From the NCBI GenBank assembly GCA_038087875.1, contig CM075981.1, forward strand, positions 20,336,001 through 20,400,000: 64,000 bases of DNA, in the 5' to 3' direction. Within the stretch, counting starts at the first letter, position 1, and each line of letters opens with the position of its first letter. The translations under genes and the position numbers were made by a program. Source of the stretch: Malacoraja senta. Taxonomy: Eukaryota. Below, one piece after another: positions 12,434 to 23,879 of the stretch. The notes below the pieces were generated by a model. That model did no database searches and had not been told where the DNA came from. It was given only the letters and a program-made list of their open reading frames with translations.

Positions 12434-13517
12434 AGTGTTAAAGAAGGAACTGCAGATGCTGGAAAATCGAAGGTGCACAAAAATGCTGGAGAAACTCAGC
12501 GGGTGCAGCAGCATCTATGGAGCGAAGGAAATAGGCAACGTTTCGAGCCGAAACCCTTCTTCAGACTGATAGGGGGTGATGAAATGTCCTCATTCTTCAG
12601 GGAACGGGGGTTCCCCTCCTCCACCATAGATGAGGCTCGCACCAGGGTCTCTGCCATACCCCGCAACACTGCTCTCTCTCCCCATCCCCCCACTCACAAC
12701 AAGGGCAGAGTTCCCCTAGTCCTCACCTTTCACCCCAGCAGCCATCACATACAACAAGTGATCCTCCGTCAGTTTCGCCACCTCCAACGTGACCCCACCA
12801 CTCGCCACATCTTGCCATCTCCCCCCATGTCTGCCTTCCGCAAAGACTGCTCCCTCCGTAACTCCCTTGTCAATTCTTCCCTTCCCTCCCGTACCACCCC
12901 CTCCCCGGGTACTTTCCCTTGCAACCGCAAGAGGTGCAACACTTGTCCCTTCACCTCCCCCCTCGATTCCATTCAATGACCCAAGCAGTCGTTCCAGGTG
13001 CGACAGAGGTTCGCCTGCATCTCCTCCAACCTCATCTATTGCATCCGCTGCTCTAGATGTCAGCTGATCTACATCGGTGAGACCAAGCGGAGGCTTGGCG
13101 ATCGTTTCGCCGAACACCTCCGGTCGGTCCGCAATAACCTACCTGACCTCCTAGTGGCTCAGCACTTCAACTCCCCTCCCATTCCGTATCTGACCTCTCT
13201 GTCCTGGGTCTCCTCCATGGCCACAGCGAGCAACACCGGAAATTGGAGGAAATGCACCTCATATTCAGTCTACACCCTGGGGGCATGAACATTGAATTCT
13301 CCCTACTCTGCTAGCCCTTGCTGTCCCCTCCCCTTCATCAGCCCTGTGGTTGTCTCCTCCCATCCCCCAGCCCTCGGGCTCTTCCTCCGCCTTTTTTCCT
13401 TTCTTCTCCCCACCCCCTATCAGTCTGAAGAAGGGTTTCAGCCCGAAACGTTGCCTATTTCCTTCGCTCCATAGATGCTGCTGCACCCGCTGAGTTTCTC
13501 CAGCATTTTTGTGTACC
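12434..13517 (+). mobile_element. Penelope-like retroelement (Neptune-type), 5'-truncated, with GIY-YIG endonuclease and inverted pLTR
   Basis: Translation ...PCNRKRCNTC... (Cys linker), then NLIYCIRCSRCQLIYIGETKRRLGDRFAEH (GIY-YIG), with one in-frame stop at 12977-79. Inverted terminal repeats ~12470-12577 and ~13410-13517. Perfect 15-bp TSD tagcctacaaaccaa (12419-12433 and 13518-13532). Inserted in a minus-strand V-SINE. Confidence 0.92.
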
Positions 13518-14214
13518 TAGCCTACAAACCAATACGTCTTAGGAGTGTGGAAGGAAATTGGCGCATCCGGAAAAAACCCACACTGTCACAGGGAGAACGT
13601 GCAAACTCCATACATACAGCACCCGTAGTCAGGATCGAACCCGGTTCTCTGGCACAGTAAAAGGCTGCAACTCTACTGCTGTGACACTGTGTCGCCCTAT
13701 TGTTTGGTTTGATTGTATTTATTTATGGTATATCTGATCTGTTTGGATAACTTGTAAAACAAACTTTTCACTGTACCTCGGTACATGTAACAATAATAAA
13801 TCTAAACCCAAAGCAATAGCTAGAATGTTGAACACTTCTAAACTTTACAAGAACAAATTGCCCATGTGTGAGGTTCACATATGATATGATGGGAAAATTT
13901 GATAGTCTTTGAACTGATTATTGTTGGACCTGGAACAAGAAAATTAATGCCTGTTCATTTACTTTGGCTGGAGGTCTGTGGGACAATCAGCTCCCTTTGA
14001 GATCCACTTTCTGTGATCTAAGGCAAACACAAAGTGAATAAAAAGAAAATATTTTGTGTCATGAATTTAATGAGTTTTGTCTGAGCGTGGAACTTTCACA
14101 GCACTTGTGTCAGACAGTTGATTGGGTGACTGTTCTTCCAGGATACTGTTTCCCACTACACCAGCTGATCACTATCTGCACCTAGCTTGGCCAGGCTAAA
14201 GTCCACAGGCTAAA

Positions 14215-14401
14215 ATGTTCAAGAAGGAACTGCAGATGCTGGAAAATCAAAGGTAGACAAAAATGCTTGAGAAACTCAGCGGGTGAGGCAGCATCTATGG
14301 AGCGAAGGAAATAGGCAACGTTTCGGGCCGAAACGTTGCCTATTTCCTTCGCTCCATAGATGCTGCCTCACCCTCTGAGTTTTCCAGCATTTTTGTCTAC
14401 C
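14215..14401. mobile_element. Penelope-derived hairpin element (inverted pLTR pair, no coding sequence)
   Basis: About 75-bp near-perfect inverted arms centred at ~14327. 14-bp TSD gtcca(c/t)aggctaaa (14201-14214 and 14402-14415). Same sequence as the ends of 12434-13517. Confidence 0.9.
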
Positions 14402-17400
14402 GTCCATAGGCTAAAGATGTTTCTTCTGGGAAGAAAGGAGTTGAGTCACCTACACAATTGCAGCTAAATTAACTTTTTGCAGAGACTGGCACAAGAGAGA
14501 TTTCTGCATTAACACGTGAAACTCATTACAACGCAACATGGCAAAAGACAAAGTGCAGGAAGAACTCAGCAGGTCAGGCAGCAGCTGTGGAGGGAATGGA
14601 CAGACATTATTTCGGGTCAGGACCCTACCTCAGATTTATACGTCACCAGCCTTTGTCATCTACTCCATCCACCTGCTAATCATTCCCTCCCCCTCATCTT
14701 TAGACTTTAGAGATACAACGCGGAAGCAGGCTCTTTGGCCCACAAAGTCCGCGCCGACCAGCAATCACCCCATATACTAGATCTATCCTATACACTAGGG
14801 ACAATTTACAATTTTACTGCGGCCATTTAACCTACAAACCTGTGTGTCTTTGGAATGTGGGAGGAAACCAGAGCACCCGGAGAAATGGTCACAGGGAGAA
14901 CGTACAAACTCCATACAGACAGCCCTGTAGTCGGGATCGAACCCTGTTCTCTGACGCTGTAAGGCAGCAACTCTACCGCTGCGCCACTGCGCTGCCCCAC
15001 CCATGTATCACCTATCACTTGCTAGGCTTTGCTCTGCCCCATCTCTCATTTTCAGCTTTCTCCCCCTCGACTCCAATCAGTCTGAAAAAGGGTCCTTAGA
15101 TAGACCATTTCCCTCCACAGATGCTGCCTGACCCACTGTTCATCCAGCATTTTGTGTTTTGCTCAAGATTCCAGCATCTGCAGTTTCTTTTGCCTCCATA
15201 CCACACAACATAGGGCTGGCAGAAGGGAGTTGTAAAACCCTGCCATGCAGTTCTGATTTACCCATTCAATCTTAGATGCTAAGGAATGGTTAAGGCTTTA
15301 CACAATTGGTACATGTTGCAAGGTTAGGAACGCTATGTAAATATGGAGCATAAAATATAATGACTGAATCTTGCGTGCTTCTTTCTGTTTCTTCAAAGTC
15401 ATTAGACATATAACATGTACCACATAATAAAAGCTGTCGGAGTCAGTTTTCTCTCCTTGGCGAACTCCAGCAACACATATTCTGGTCATTACCACTGTGT
15501 TCTGTTTTGGAGTTTGCTATGTGTAAATTTCCATCCTTTCAGCAATGGCTTCATTACAGACTTGCCTTCAATGGTTGTAAAATTACTTGGGACACTTTGG
15601 TTAAAATCCAAGCTTTCTCATAATAGTTAAGCAAATTGAGAATTTTGGTCAGACAGCTCGTTACTATCAATACATATCAACAGACAGAGATTTGGATTGT
15701 GTTAAGAGTTGAGATGCAGCATGGAAACAGGCCCTTCAGCCCACCGAGTCCATGCCGACCATCGATCACCCGTTCACACTAGTTCTGTTATCCCACTTTC
15801 TCATCCACTCCCTTCACACTAAAGGCAATTTACAGAGGCCCTTCTTCAGAATGAACATCACCTATCCATGTTCTCCAGAGATGCTGCCTGACCCGCAGAG
15901 TTACTCCAGCACTTTGTGTATTAACCAGCATCTGCAGTTCCTTGTTTCTACGGCCTCAAGAGTCAGTCAGTTGTATCAAACTTTGCCAGACATATTTGAG
16001 ACATACCAGAAAAATATTTTACACACGTTTCGACAAGAGACTTGGCTTTTATATTAAGATATTCAGCAGTTGCAGAGAATTACTCTGAGAAACGTTGTCA
16101 CCACTTGGTAATTTATTTAATAAAACAGATTTAAATTTAATGATATATTTGGCAAGTATACTCCTGTCTTATGATCCAACTTGGTTGCTCAATATAAAGT
16201 GAAGCATATCGTGGATGTGAATTGATTTTGATACAGATATAGAATTTAAATGTGGAGATATTTATAATGCAAAGAAAAGACACCAAGTGCTGGAGTAACT
16301 TGGCGGTCAGGCAGCATCCCTGGCGACTAGAGGTGATGTTTTGGGTCGGGATTGCTTCTGTTGTAGACCAGTATCTGCAGTTCCTTGTGTCTACATTTGG
16401 AATGCACTTGGGTAAGCCAGCTGGACCAGTTTCAGGAAGCAGTCTGTTTATATGAAGGCATAATGTGGATATATTCCCTCCACAGATGCTTCCTGACCTG
16501 CTGAGTTACTCCACCACTTTGTGTTTCATTCAAGATTCCAGCATCTGCAGTTCCATGTGACTCAGCAGTCAAGTTAAATGTTGAGTTCAAAACACAAAGT
16601 GCTGGAGGAACTCAGCGGGTCAGGCAGCATCTGTGGAGGGAATGGACAGACGACATTTCAGACTGAAAAGAGTCTCAACCCGAAACGTCGCCTACTCCTT
16701 CACCCAAAGATGCTGCCTCACCCACTGAGTTTCTCCAGCTTTTTTGTCTACCTTCAACAGTGCAGCGATGATTCAAGATTGACGGCACATTGTGAGTATC
16801 AGGAATGATGCAGTTTGACCCTGAAACCACCCTAATCACGCTCCTCTCTAGAAATAGCCAGACTTTGTGGGAAAACAGTGATGTGATCATAGATTTACGG
16901 ATTTCTATTCCTTTATTTGCATCTGTGTGTTCTTGTGTAGAAAGTTTATGCAAGTGGAGTAAACAGGAAGTGGTTTGTATATTTGGGAATTCAGATATGC
17001 TTGTCTTAAATAGCCCAAGTTAGTATTTGTGGTGGTCTTGTATATAAGGATGCCACCTGGACGTGGGCTTGGGTACTAGGGAGAGGTTGGATAGGCTGGG
17101 ACTTTTTTCTTTGGAGCGTAGGAGATTGAGAGGTGACATTGAGATGTACAAGATGAGGGGCATGGATAAAGTGAACGCTCACAGTCTTTTTCCCAGGATA
17201 GAGGATTCTAAAACTAGAGGGCACAACCTTAAGGTGAAAGGGGAGGGTTTTGAAAGTAACCTCAAGGGACAGCTTTTTCACTCCGTGTAGTCTGTATCTG
17301 GAACCAGCTGACAGGGAAAATAGAGAAATGGATACAATTGCGACATTTGGACAGATACAGTATATGGATAGAACGGGTTTAACGGGTGTGGGCCAAATGC

Positions 17401-20257
17401 AGGCAAATGGGACAAGCCCAGTATTTCATTGTGGTCAGCATGGGTAAGATGGGCCGAAGGGCCTGTTTCCATGCTGTACAGCTTTATGACTGTCTGTATA
17501 TGGCTGCCAGCAAAATCTGAATTAGATTCTTTGTGCTAATCTTTGACATGCAAACCATTGGGAGTTAAATTAGCAGAAACTGTGAAGGGTGCGATATCTT
17601 TACTGCACATCTCTAAAGCTGCAGGGTGAGGAAAGCGCTGAGTGTTGCAGAGAGTTCAGCCTCAGCTGCAGCACATCTAAGAATGCGACCAAATTCTCTG
17701 GAGGTTCTGAAATAGTGTTGTGCCTGAATGGCTCCACACACTCCTGTGGGAAATTACTTCCCCACCACATCAAGGGCTCGATTCGAGATTTGTTTTATTC
17801 AATGGTGCTTTCATAAGTTCATAGGTTCTAGGAGCAGAAATAGGCCATTTGGCCCATCTGGTCCACTCCATTCAATCATAGAGTGATACAGTGTGGAAAC
17901 AGGCCCTTCGGCCCAACTTGCCCACACCGGCCAACATGTCCCAACTACACTAGTCACACTAGCCTGCGTTTGGTCCATGTCTCTCCAAACATGCCCTATC
18001 CATGTACCTGTCTGTTTCTTAAATGTTGGGATAGTCCCTTGTTCCTTACACCCACCACGCTTTGTGTGTAAAAATTATCCCTCAGATTCCTATTAAATCT
18101 TTTCCCATGATAGATCATGGCTGATCTATCTTTCCCTCTCAACCCCATTCTCCTGCCTTCTCTCCATAATTCCTGACACCCGTACTAATCAAGACCCTAT
18201 CAATTCCCCCACAACCATTGTTGGCAAGGTACATCCTTTTATTCTGAGGCTATGGCTTCTGGTCCTTGACTCTCCCACTAGTGGAAACATCTGCACCTAT
18301 TGTCACAAATGCAAACATTCTTTTTTTTAATTCTTCCCAATGAAATAATTCTTGGACTATAAAGATTATTTCCCTTGTGGAACAAACAGCGTAATACAGC
18401 ATGAAAACAGGCCCTTCGGTCCAACTTGCCATGCCAACCAAGACACAGCCCCACCTGCCCATATTTGGCCCATTTCCCTCCAAACCTTAGGCACAAGGAA
18501 CTACAGTTGCTAGTTTAGAAAAAAATACACAGAATACTGGAGTAACTTAACGGGTCATGTAGCATCTCAGGAGGTTATGGATAGGTGATATTTCGGGGTG
18601 GGACTCTTATTCAGACTGACTTCTTCAGTATGAAGAAGGGTCCCGACCTGAAATGTCAACTATCCATGTTCTCCTGAGAAGCTAACTGACCCGTTGAGTT
18701 ACTCCAGCACTCTGTGTCTTCTTCCCGCTAAACCTATCCTATCCATGTACCTGTCCAAGTGTTTTAATTGCTATTATAATACCAGCCTTAATTACCTCTT
18801 CCGGCAGCTCATTCCATACCCCACCCTCCATATCTTTATTATTTTAGCTCAGTCTGAATTAGCCCTTATGGCAAATTAATCCTCCATCTTCTACGATCAG
18901 CCTCCCTCAGTCAAACAGTGATACATCAGCGGCTGTAAAGATTAAGTGAGGAGCCCCAAGTAAATTCAAAGTCTAGACATTGCTGAATTTTGGGAGATTA
19001 GTGATGTACGTGCAAATGTAACTGTTGGATTCACGCAAGTTCAACCCTGACTGATTTCTTCGCTGCTTATCTTAACGTCAATCTCATTAAATTTATTTCC
19101 TGAAATCTGTTTTTGTTTCCACCCAGGTGTGGGCTTTTAAAATCAGTCTGGCAGCAATCTCCTGTGGGAAGCAGGGTGGGGTTTACTGTTGGGACAAGCC
19201 TGTGTCAATCAGCAACTCTCCGCGCCTGTAACCCTTTGCAGCATCCGTACACAATTCACTGACCTGTTTTGCAGTTTGCAACTGAATTGGCTGCAAATGG
19301 ATAAGAAGTGAATACGCTCTGCATATCAGGTCACAGGTTTGGGAAGCCTTAAACATACGGCCAACGTCCGGGTCAGATTACAACTTTCTACGATTGATGT
19401 TGCCTGGAACGTACTGCCAGGGGTGGTGGTAGAGGCTGGCATGATAGTGGTGTTTAAGAGGCTTTTAGAGAGCCATGTGGATGTGCAGGGAATGGAGGGA
19501 TATGGATCAAGTACAGGTTTTTGAGATTAGTTTGCCTTGGCATCATGTCCAGCACAGATATTTAGGGCCAAAGGGCCTTTTCCCCTGCTATACTGTTCTG
19601 TTTTATGATACAACAACCTCTCACATTGACGTGAGCTTTGATTGATAAAAATACATATCATAGAGTGATAGTCATAGACCCATACAGCACAGAAACAGGC
19701 CCTTCAGCCCAACGTGCCCATACTGACCAAGAAGCCCCATCTACACTAGTCCCACCTGCCTGCATTTGGCCCATATCCCTCTAAACCTTTCCTATCCATG
19801 TACCTGTCCAAATGACTTTTAAATATTGTTATATTATCTACCTCAAATACCTCCTCTGGCAGCTTGTTCCATATACCACCCACCTTCTGTATGAAAAAAA
19901 TCGCCCTTCCGGTTCCTATTAAATATTTCCTCTCTCACCATAAACCTATGTCCTCTGGTTCATGGTTCCCCTATTCTCTGTAAAAGGCTTTTCGATAAGC
20001 GCATGGATATGCAGGGAATGGAGGGATAAGGATCATTGTGAACCCAGGATGAGATTTGTTTGCCTTCGCATAAAGATTCGGACTATTTACTGCAAAATCC
20101 AGCAAGGATTCCATCAAATAATGAGGGCTTCTCTCATCTAATCCTATTAAACTTCAGGAACTATTTTAATTGTAAATCAAATTGAAAATAGGACCTCTGG
20201 AGTAAAGGGTGCAAGTTTCAATTTTAATTTAAAAATTCTGAGGCTTAAAGATTTAGT

Positions 20258-20557
20258 GTGGTACGGTGGCGCAGCAGTAGAGTTGCTGCCTCACAGTGCC
20301 AGAGACCTGGGTTCAATCCTGACTATGGGTGCTATCAGTATAGCGTTTGTACATTCTCCCCGTGACCACAGGGGTTTTCTCCGGGTGCTCATGTTTCCTC
20401 CCACACTCCAAAGAAGTGCGAGTTTGTACGTTAATTGGCTTTGGTAAATTTACAAATTGTCCCTAGTGTGTAGGATAGTGCAAGTGTGTGGGGATTGCTG
20501 GTTGGCACAGACTCAATGGGCTGAAGGGCCTGTTATCTCTAAACTAAATTAAACTAA
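20258..20557 (+). mobile_element. HE1-like V-SINE
   Basis: tRNA-like head (ggtggcgcagc...ggttcaatcc, A/B boxes), V-domain (gtttgtac.ttctccccgtgacc...tttcctcccacactccaaag), CR1-type tail and (taaac)n. Confidence 0.85.
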
Positions 20558-20641
20558 GATGTTGAATATAGCTGGTTACTCCTAACGGCTACTTTAAATT
20601 ATTTGTGAAAGTAAATAGATAATTTGGAATATTGGAATATA

Positions 20642-22258
20642 CAGTGGCTTGCAAAAGTATTCATACCCCTTGAACTTTTCCACATTTTGTCACGTTACAA
20701 CCACAAACGTAAATGTATTTTATTGGGATTTTATGTGATAGACCAATACAAAGTGGCGCATAATTGAGAAGTGGAAGGAAAATGATACATGGTTTTCAAA
20801 TTTTTTTACAAATAAAAAACTGAAAAGTGTTGCGTGCAAAAGTATTCAGCCCCCCTGAGTCAATACTTTGTAGAACCACCTTTTGCTGCAATTACAGCTG
20901 CAAGTCTTTTGTGGTATGTCTCTACCAGCTTTGCACATCTAGAGACTGAAATTTTTGCCCATTCTTCTTTGCAAAATAGCTCAAGCTCAGTCAGATTGGA
21001 TGGAGAGCGTCTGTGAACAGCAATTTTCAAGTCTTGCCAGAGATACTCAATTGGATTTAGGTCTGGACTTTGACTGGGCCATTCTAACACATGAATATGC
21101 TTTGATCTAAACCATTCCATTGTAGCTCTGGCTGTATGTTTAGGGTCATTGTCCTGCTGGAAGGCGAACCTCCGCCCCAGTCTCAAGTCTTTTGCAGACT
21201 CTAACCGGTTTTCTTCCAAGATTGCCCTGTATTTGGCTCCATCCATCTTCCCATCAACTCTGACCAGCTTCCCTGTCCCCGCTGAAGAAACGCATCCCCA
21301 CAGCATGATGCTGCCACCAACATGTTTCACAATGGGGATGGTGTGTTCAGGGTGATGTGCAGTGTTAGGTTTCCGCCACACATAGCGTTTTGCATTTAGG
21401 CCAAAAACTTCAATTTTGGTCTCATCTGACCAGAGCACCTTCCTCCACATGTTTGCTGTGTCCCCCACATGGCTTGTGGCCAACTGCAAACGGGACTTCT
21501 TATGGCTTTTTTTCAACAATGACTTTCTTCTTGCCACTCTTCCATAAAGGCCCGATTTGTGGAGTGCACGACTAATAGTTGTCCTGTGGACAGATTCTCC
21601 CACCTGAGCTGTGGATCTCTGCAGCTCCTCCAGAGCTACCATGGGCCTCTTGGCTGCTTCTCTGATCAATGCTCTCCTTGCCCGGCCTGTCAGTTTAGGT
21701 GGACGACCATGTCTTGGTAGGTTTGCAGTTGTGCCATACTCTTTCCATTTTCGCATGATGGATTGAACAGTGCTCCGTGAGATGTTCAAAGCTTGGGATA
21801 TTTGTTTATAACCTAACCCTGCTTTAAACTTCTCCACAACTTTATCCATGACCTGTCTGGTGTGTTCCTTGGGCTTCATGATGCTGTTTGTTCACTAATG
21901 TTCTCTGACAAACCTCTGAGGCCTTCACAGAACAGCTGTATTTATACTGAGATTAGATTACACACAAGTGGACTCTATTTACTAATTAGTTGACTTCTGA
22001 AGGCAATTGGTTGCACTGGATTTTATTTAGGGGTATCAGAGTAAAGGGGGCTGAATACTTTTGCACGCGACACTTTTCAGTTTTTTATTTGTAAAAAAAT
22101 TTGAAAACCATGTATCATTTTCCTTCCACTTCACAATTATGTGCCACTTTGTGTTGGTCTATCATATAAAATCCCAATAAAATACATTTACGTTTGTGGT
22201 TGTAACGTGACAAAATGTGGAAAAGTTCAAGGGGTATGAATACTTTTGCAAGCCACTG
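20642..22258 (-). mobile_element. Tc1/mariner DNA transposon copy 1, full length (1617 bp), Passport-like IR/DR type
   Basis: TA|CAGTGGC...GCCACTG|TA ends. About 212-bp TIRs, each with two copies of TGCAAAAGTATTCA. Carries an open transposase ORF. Confidence 0.97.
20860..21879 (-). CDS. Tc1 DD34E transposase (339 aa), copy 1
   Basis: Paired-like HTH N-terminus, GRPPK linker, WSDETK (D152), QQDNDPKH (D243), SPDLNPIE (E278). Several substitutions at conserved sites (e.g. KHVGG, YHKR). Confidence 0.93.
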   Translation of the reverse strand: MKPKEHTRQVMDKVVEKFKAGLGYKQISQALNISRSTVQSIMRKWKEYGTTANLPRHGRPPKLTGRARRALIREAAKRPMVALEELQRSTAQVGESVHRTTISRALHKSGLYGRVARRKSLLKKSHKKSRLQLATSHVGDTANMWRKVLWSDETKIEVFGLNAKRYVWRKPNTAHHPEHTIPIVKHVGGSIMLWGCVSSAGTGKLVRVDGKMDGAKYRAILEENRLESAKDLRLGRRFAFQQDNDPKHTARATMEWFRSKHIHVLEWPSQSPDLNPIEYLWQDLKIAVHRRSPSNLTELELFCKEEWAKISVSRCAKLVETYHKRLAAVIAAKGGSTKY

Positions 22259-23879
22259 TATGTCAGTAAGAGTCAAAAGGGTCCAGATTGTTTAATTCTT
22301 ATATGTACTGGCAATGGAACAATGACATTGTTCGGCCACGGTGGCGCAGCGGTAGAGTTGCTGCCTTACAGCGCTTGCAGCACCAGAAACCCGGGTTCGA
22401 TCCCGACTACGGGTGCTTCCTGTACAGAGTTTGTACGTTCTCCCCGTGACCGTGTGGGTTTTCTCCGAGATCTCCGGTTTCCTCCCACACTCCAAAGACG
22501 TACAGGTTTGTAGGTTAATTGGCCGATGGGCCTGTTTATGTGCTGTATTTCTAAACTAAACTAAACTTTTAGCAGTTAACAGGCCCATAATCTCAATAAC
22601 ATAGAGATAAATATAAAATAATCAAAAATACAATAAATTAATAATTCTGGGTAACCATCACCATGTGAAAAACTGAAGTGAGTCGTGCAACCAAAAACAC
22701 TCTCCATAGTAGATCATAGTTGCTGAGGTTAGTTTTGTGCACTGTTCGAGAGCCTGATGGTTGTACAATGTGTCCTTGTATGTAAGGCATTTAATTATCT
22801 TTTCTAACATACCATTACCAAGCCTACGTTTCATGGGAAATCGGTTGAACAATCCAGGCCAAGTGTTTCATTGAAAGCTGAGAAAATTAAAACCAGCATC
22901 ATCTCCAGGGATTAGTTGATGTTTCCGGTGTCAAATCTTTTATTAATTTCAACTGTGGATGGTTAATGTGGCTCCGAAAATATTTCTTTAAAATACATAC
23001 TTGCTAAAGCAAGTACTCGTTTTCCCCTTCTTTGAAGAAGCTTCATCCTGAGGTTAGATGAAATCTGGCAATCCTTATTCATCACGAAAATGAATGCATT
23101 TGAGATTCTAAACTGTTCAATATGATGAGGACGTCACAGCCCCGATCAGAATCATGTTGTCCTGTGTATTGGGAACGGATCTATGAGATTCTTACTTGCC
23201 TTGGCTTTGCAGGCCGTGGCTTTTTAACCTTTACCCTTTCACCTTAAACCTTTATCCTCTGGTTCTTGATTTCCCTACTTTCCCATGTGCATTCGCCCAA
23301 TCTATTCCCCTCATGATTTTATACACCTCTTCAAAATTACCCCTCTGCATCCTGCTCTCCGAGGAATAAAGTCCTAGCCTGCCCAACCTCTCCCTGTAGC
23401 TCAGGGCCTTGAGTCCTCACAACAACCTCAGTCTGCTATTAAAATCTCTCAAGGTATTAATAGCTGGATGTGGAACGAAGCAACAAGGATAATTGAACAC
23501 CTTAACCTAAGCAATGGTTGTACTATTGATTCTTTTATTCTTTATTCCAATCTGTTTCAACATGCCTGTCATAATTACTTGTTGGGAGAGATCAAGGCTA
23601 CTGTTGTATTCATTCAGTGCATGCGATGCTCCCGATGTGACCTGCTTTACATCGCCAAGAACATGCAAGAGCAGGCGACTATTTCGCCGAACACTTCCCC
23701 TTCCCCAACACTTACCCTCAGCCCACCAAGGCCTGCTGCATCCCAGTTGCCAACCATTCCCAACCAACTCCCCTTCCCATTCCCATATTCAATGGTTCAA
23801 TGGCAATTTATTTGTCACATGTACCCAGATACAGTGAAATTCAATTTTGTATACAGTTCAGTACAAGTATCATTATATA

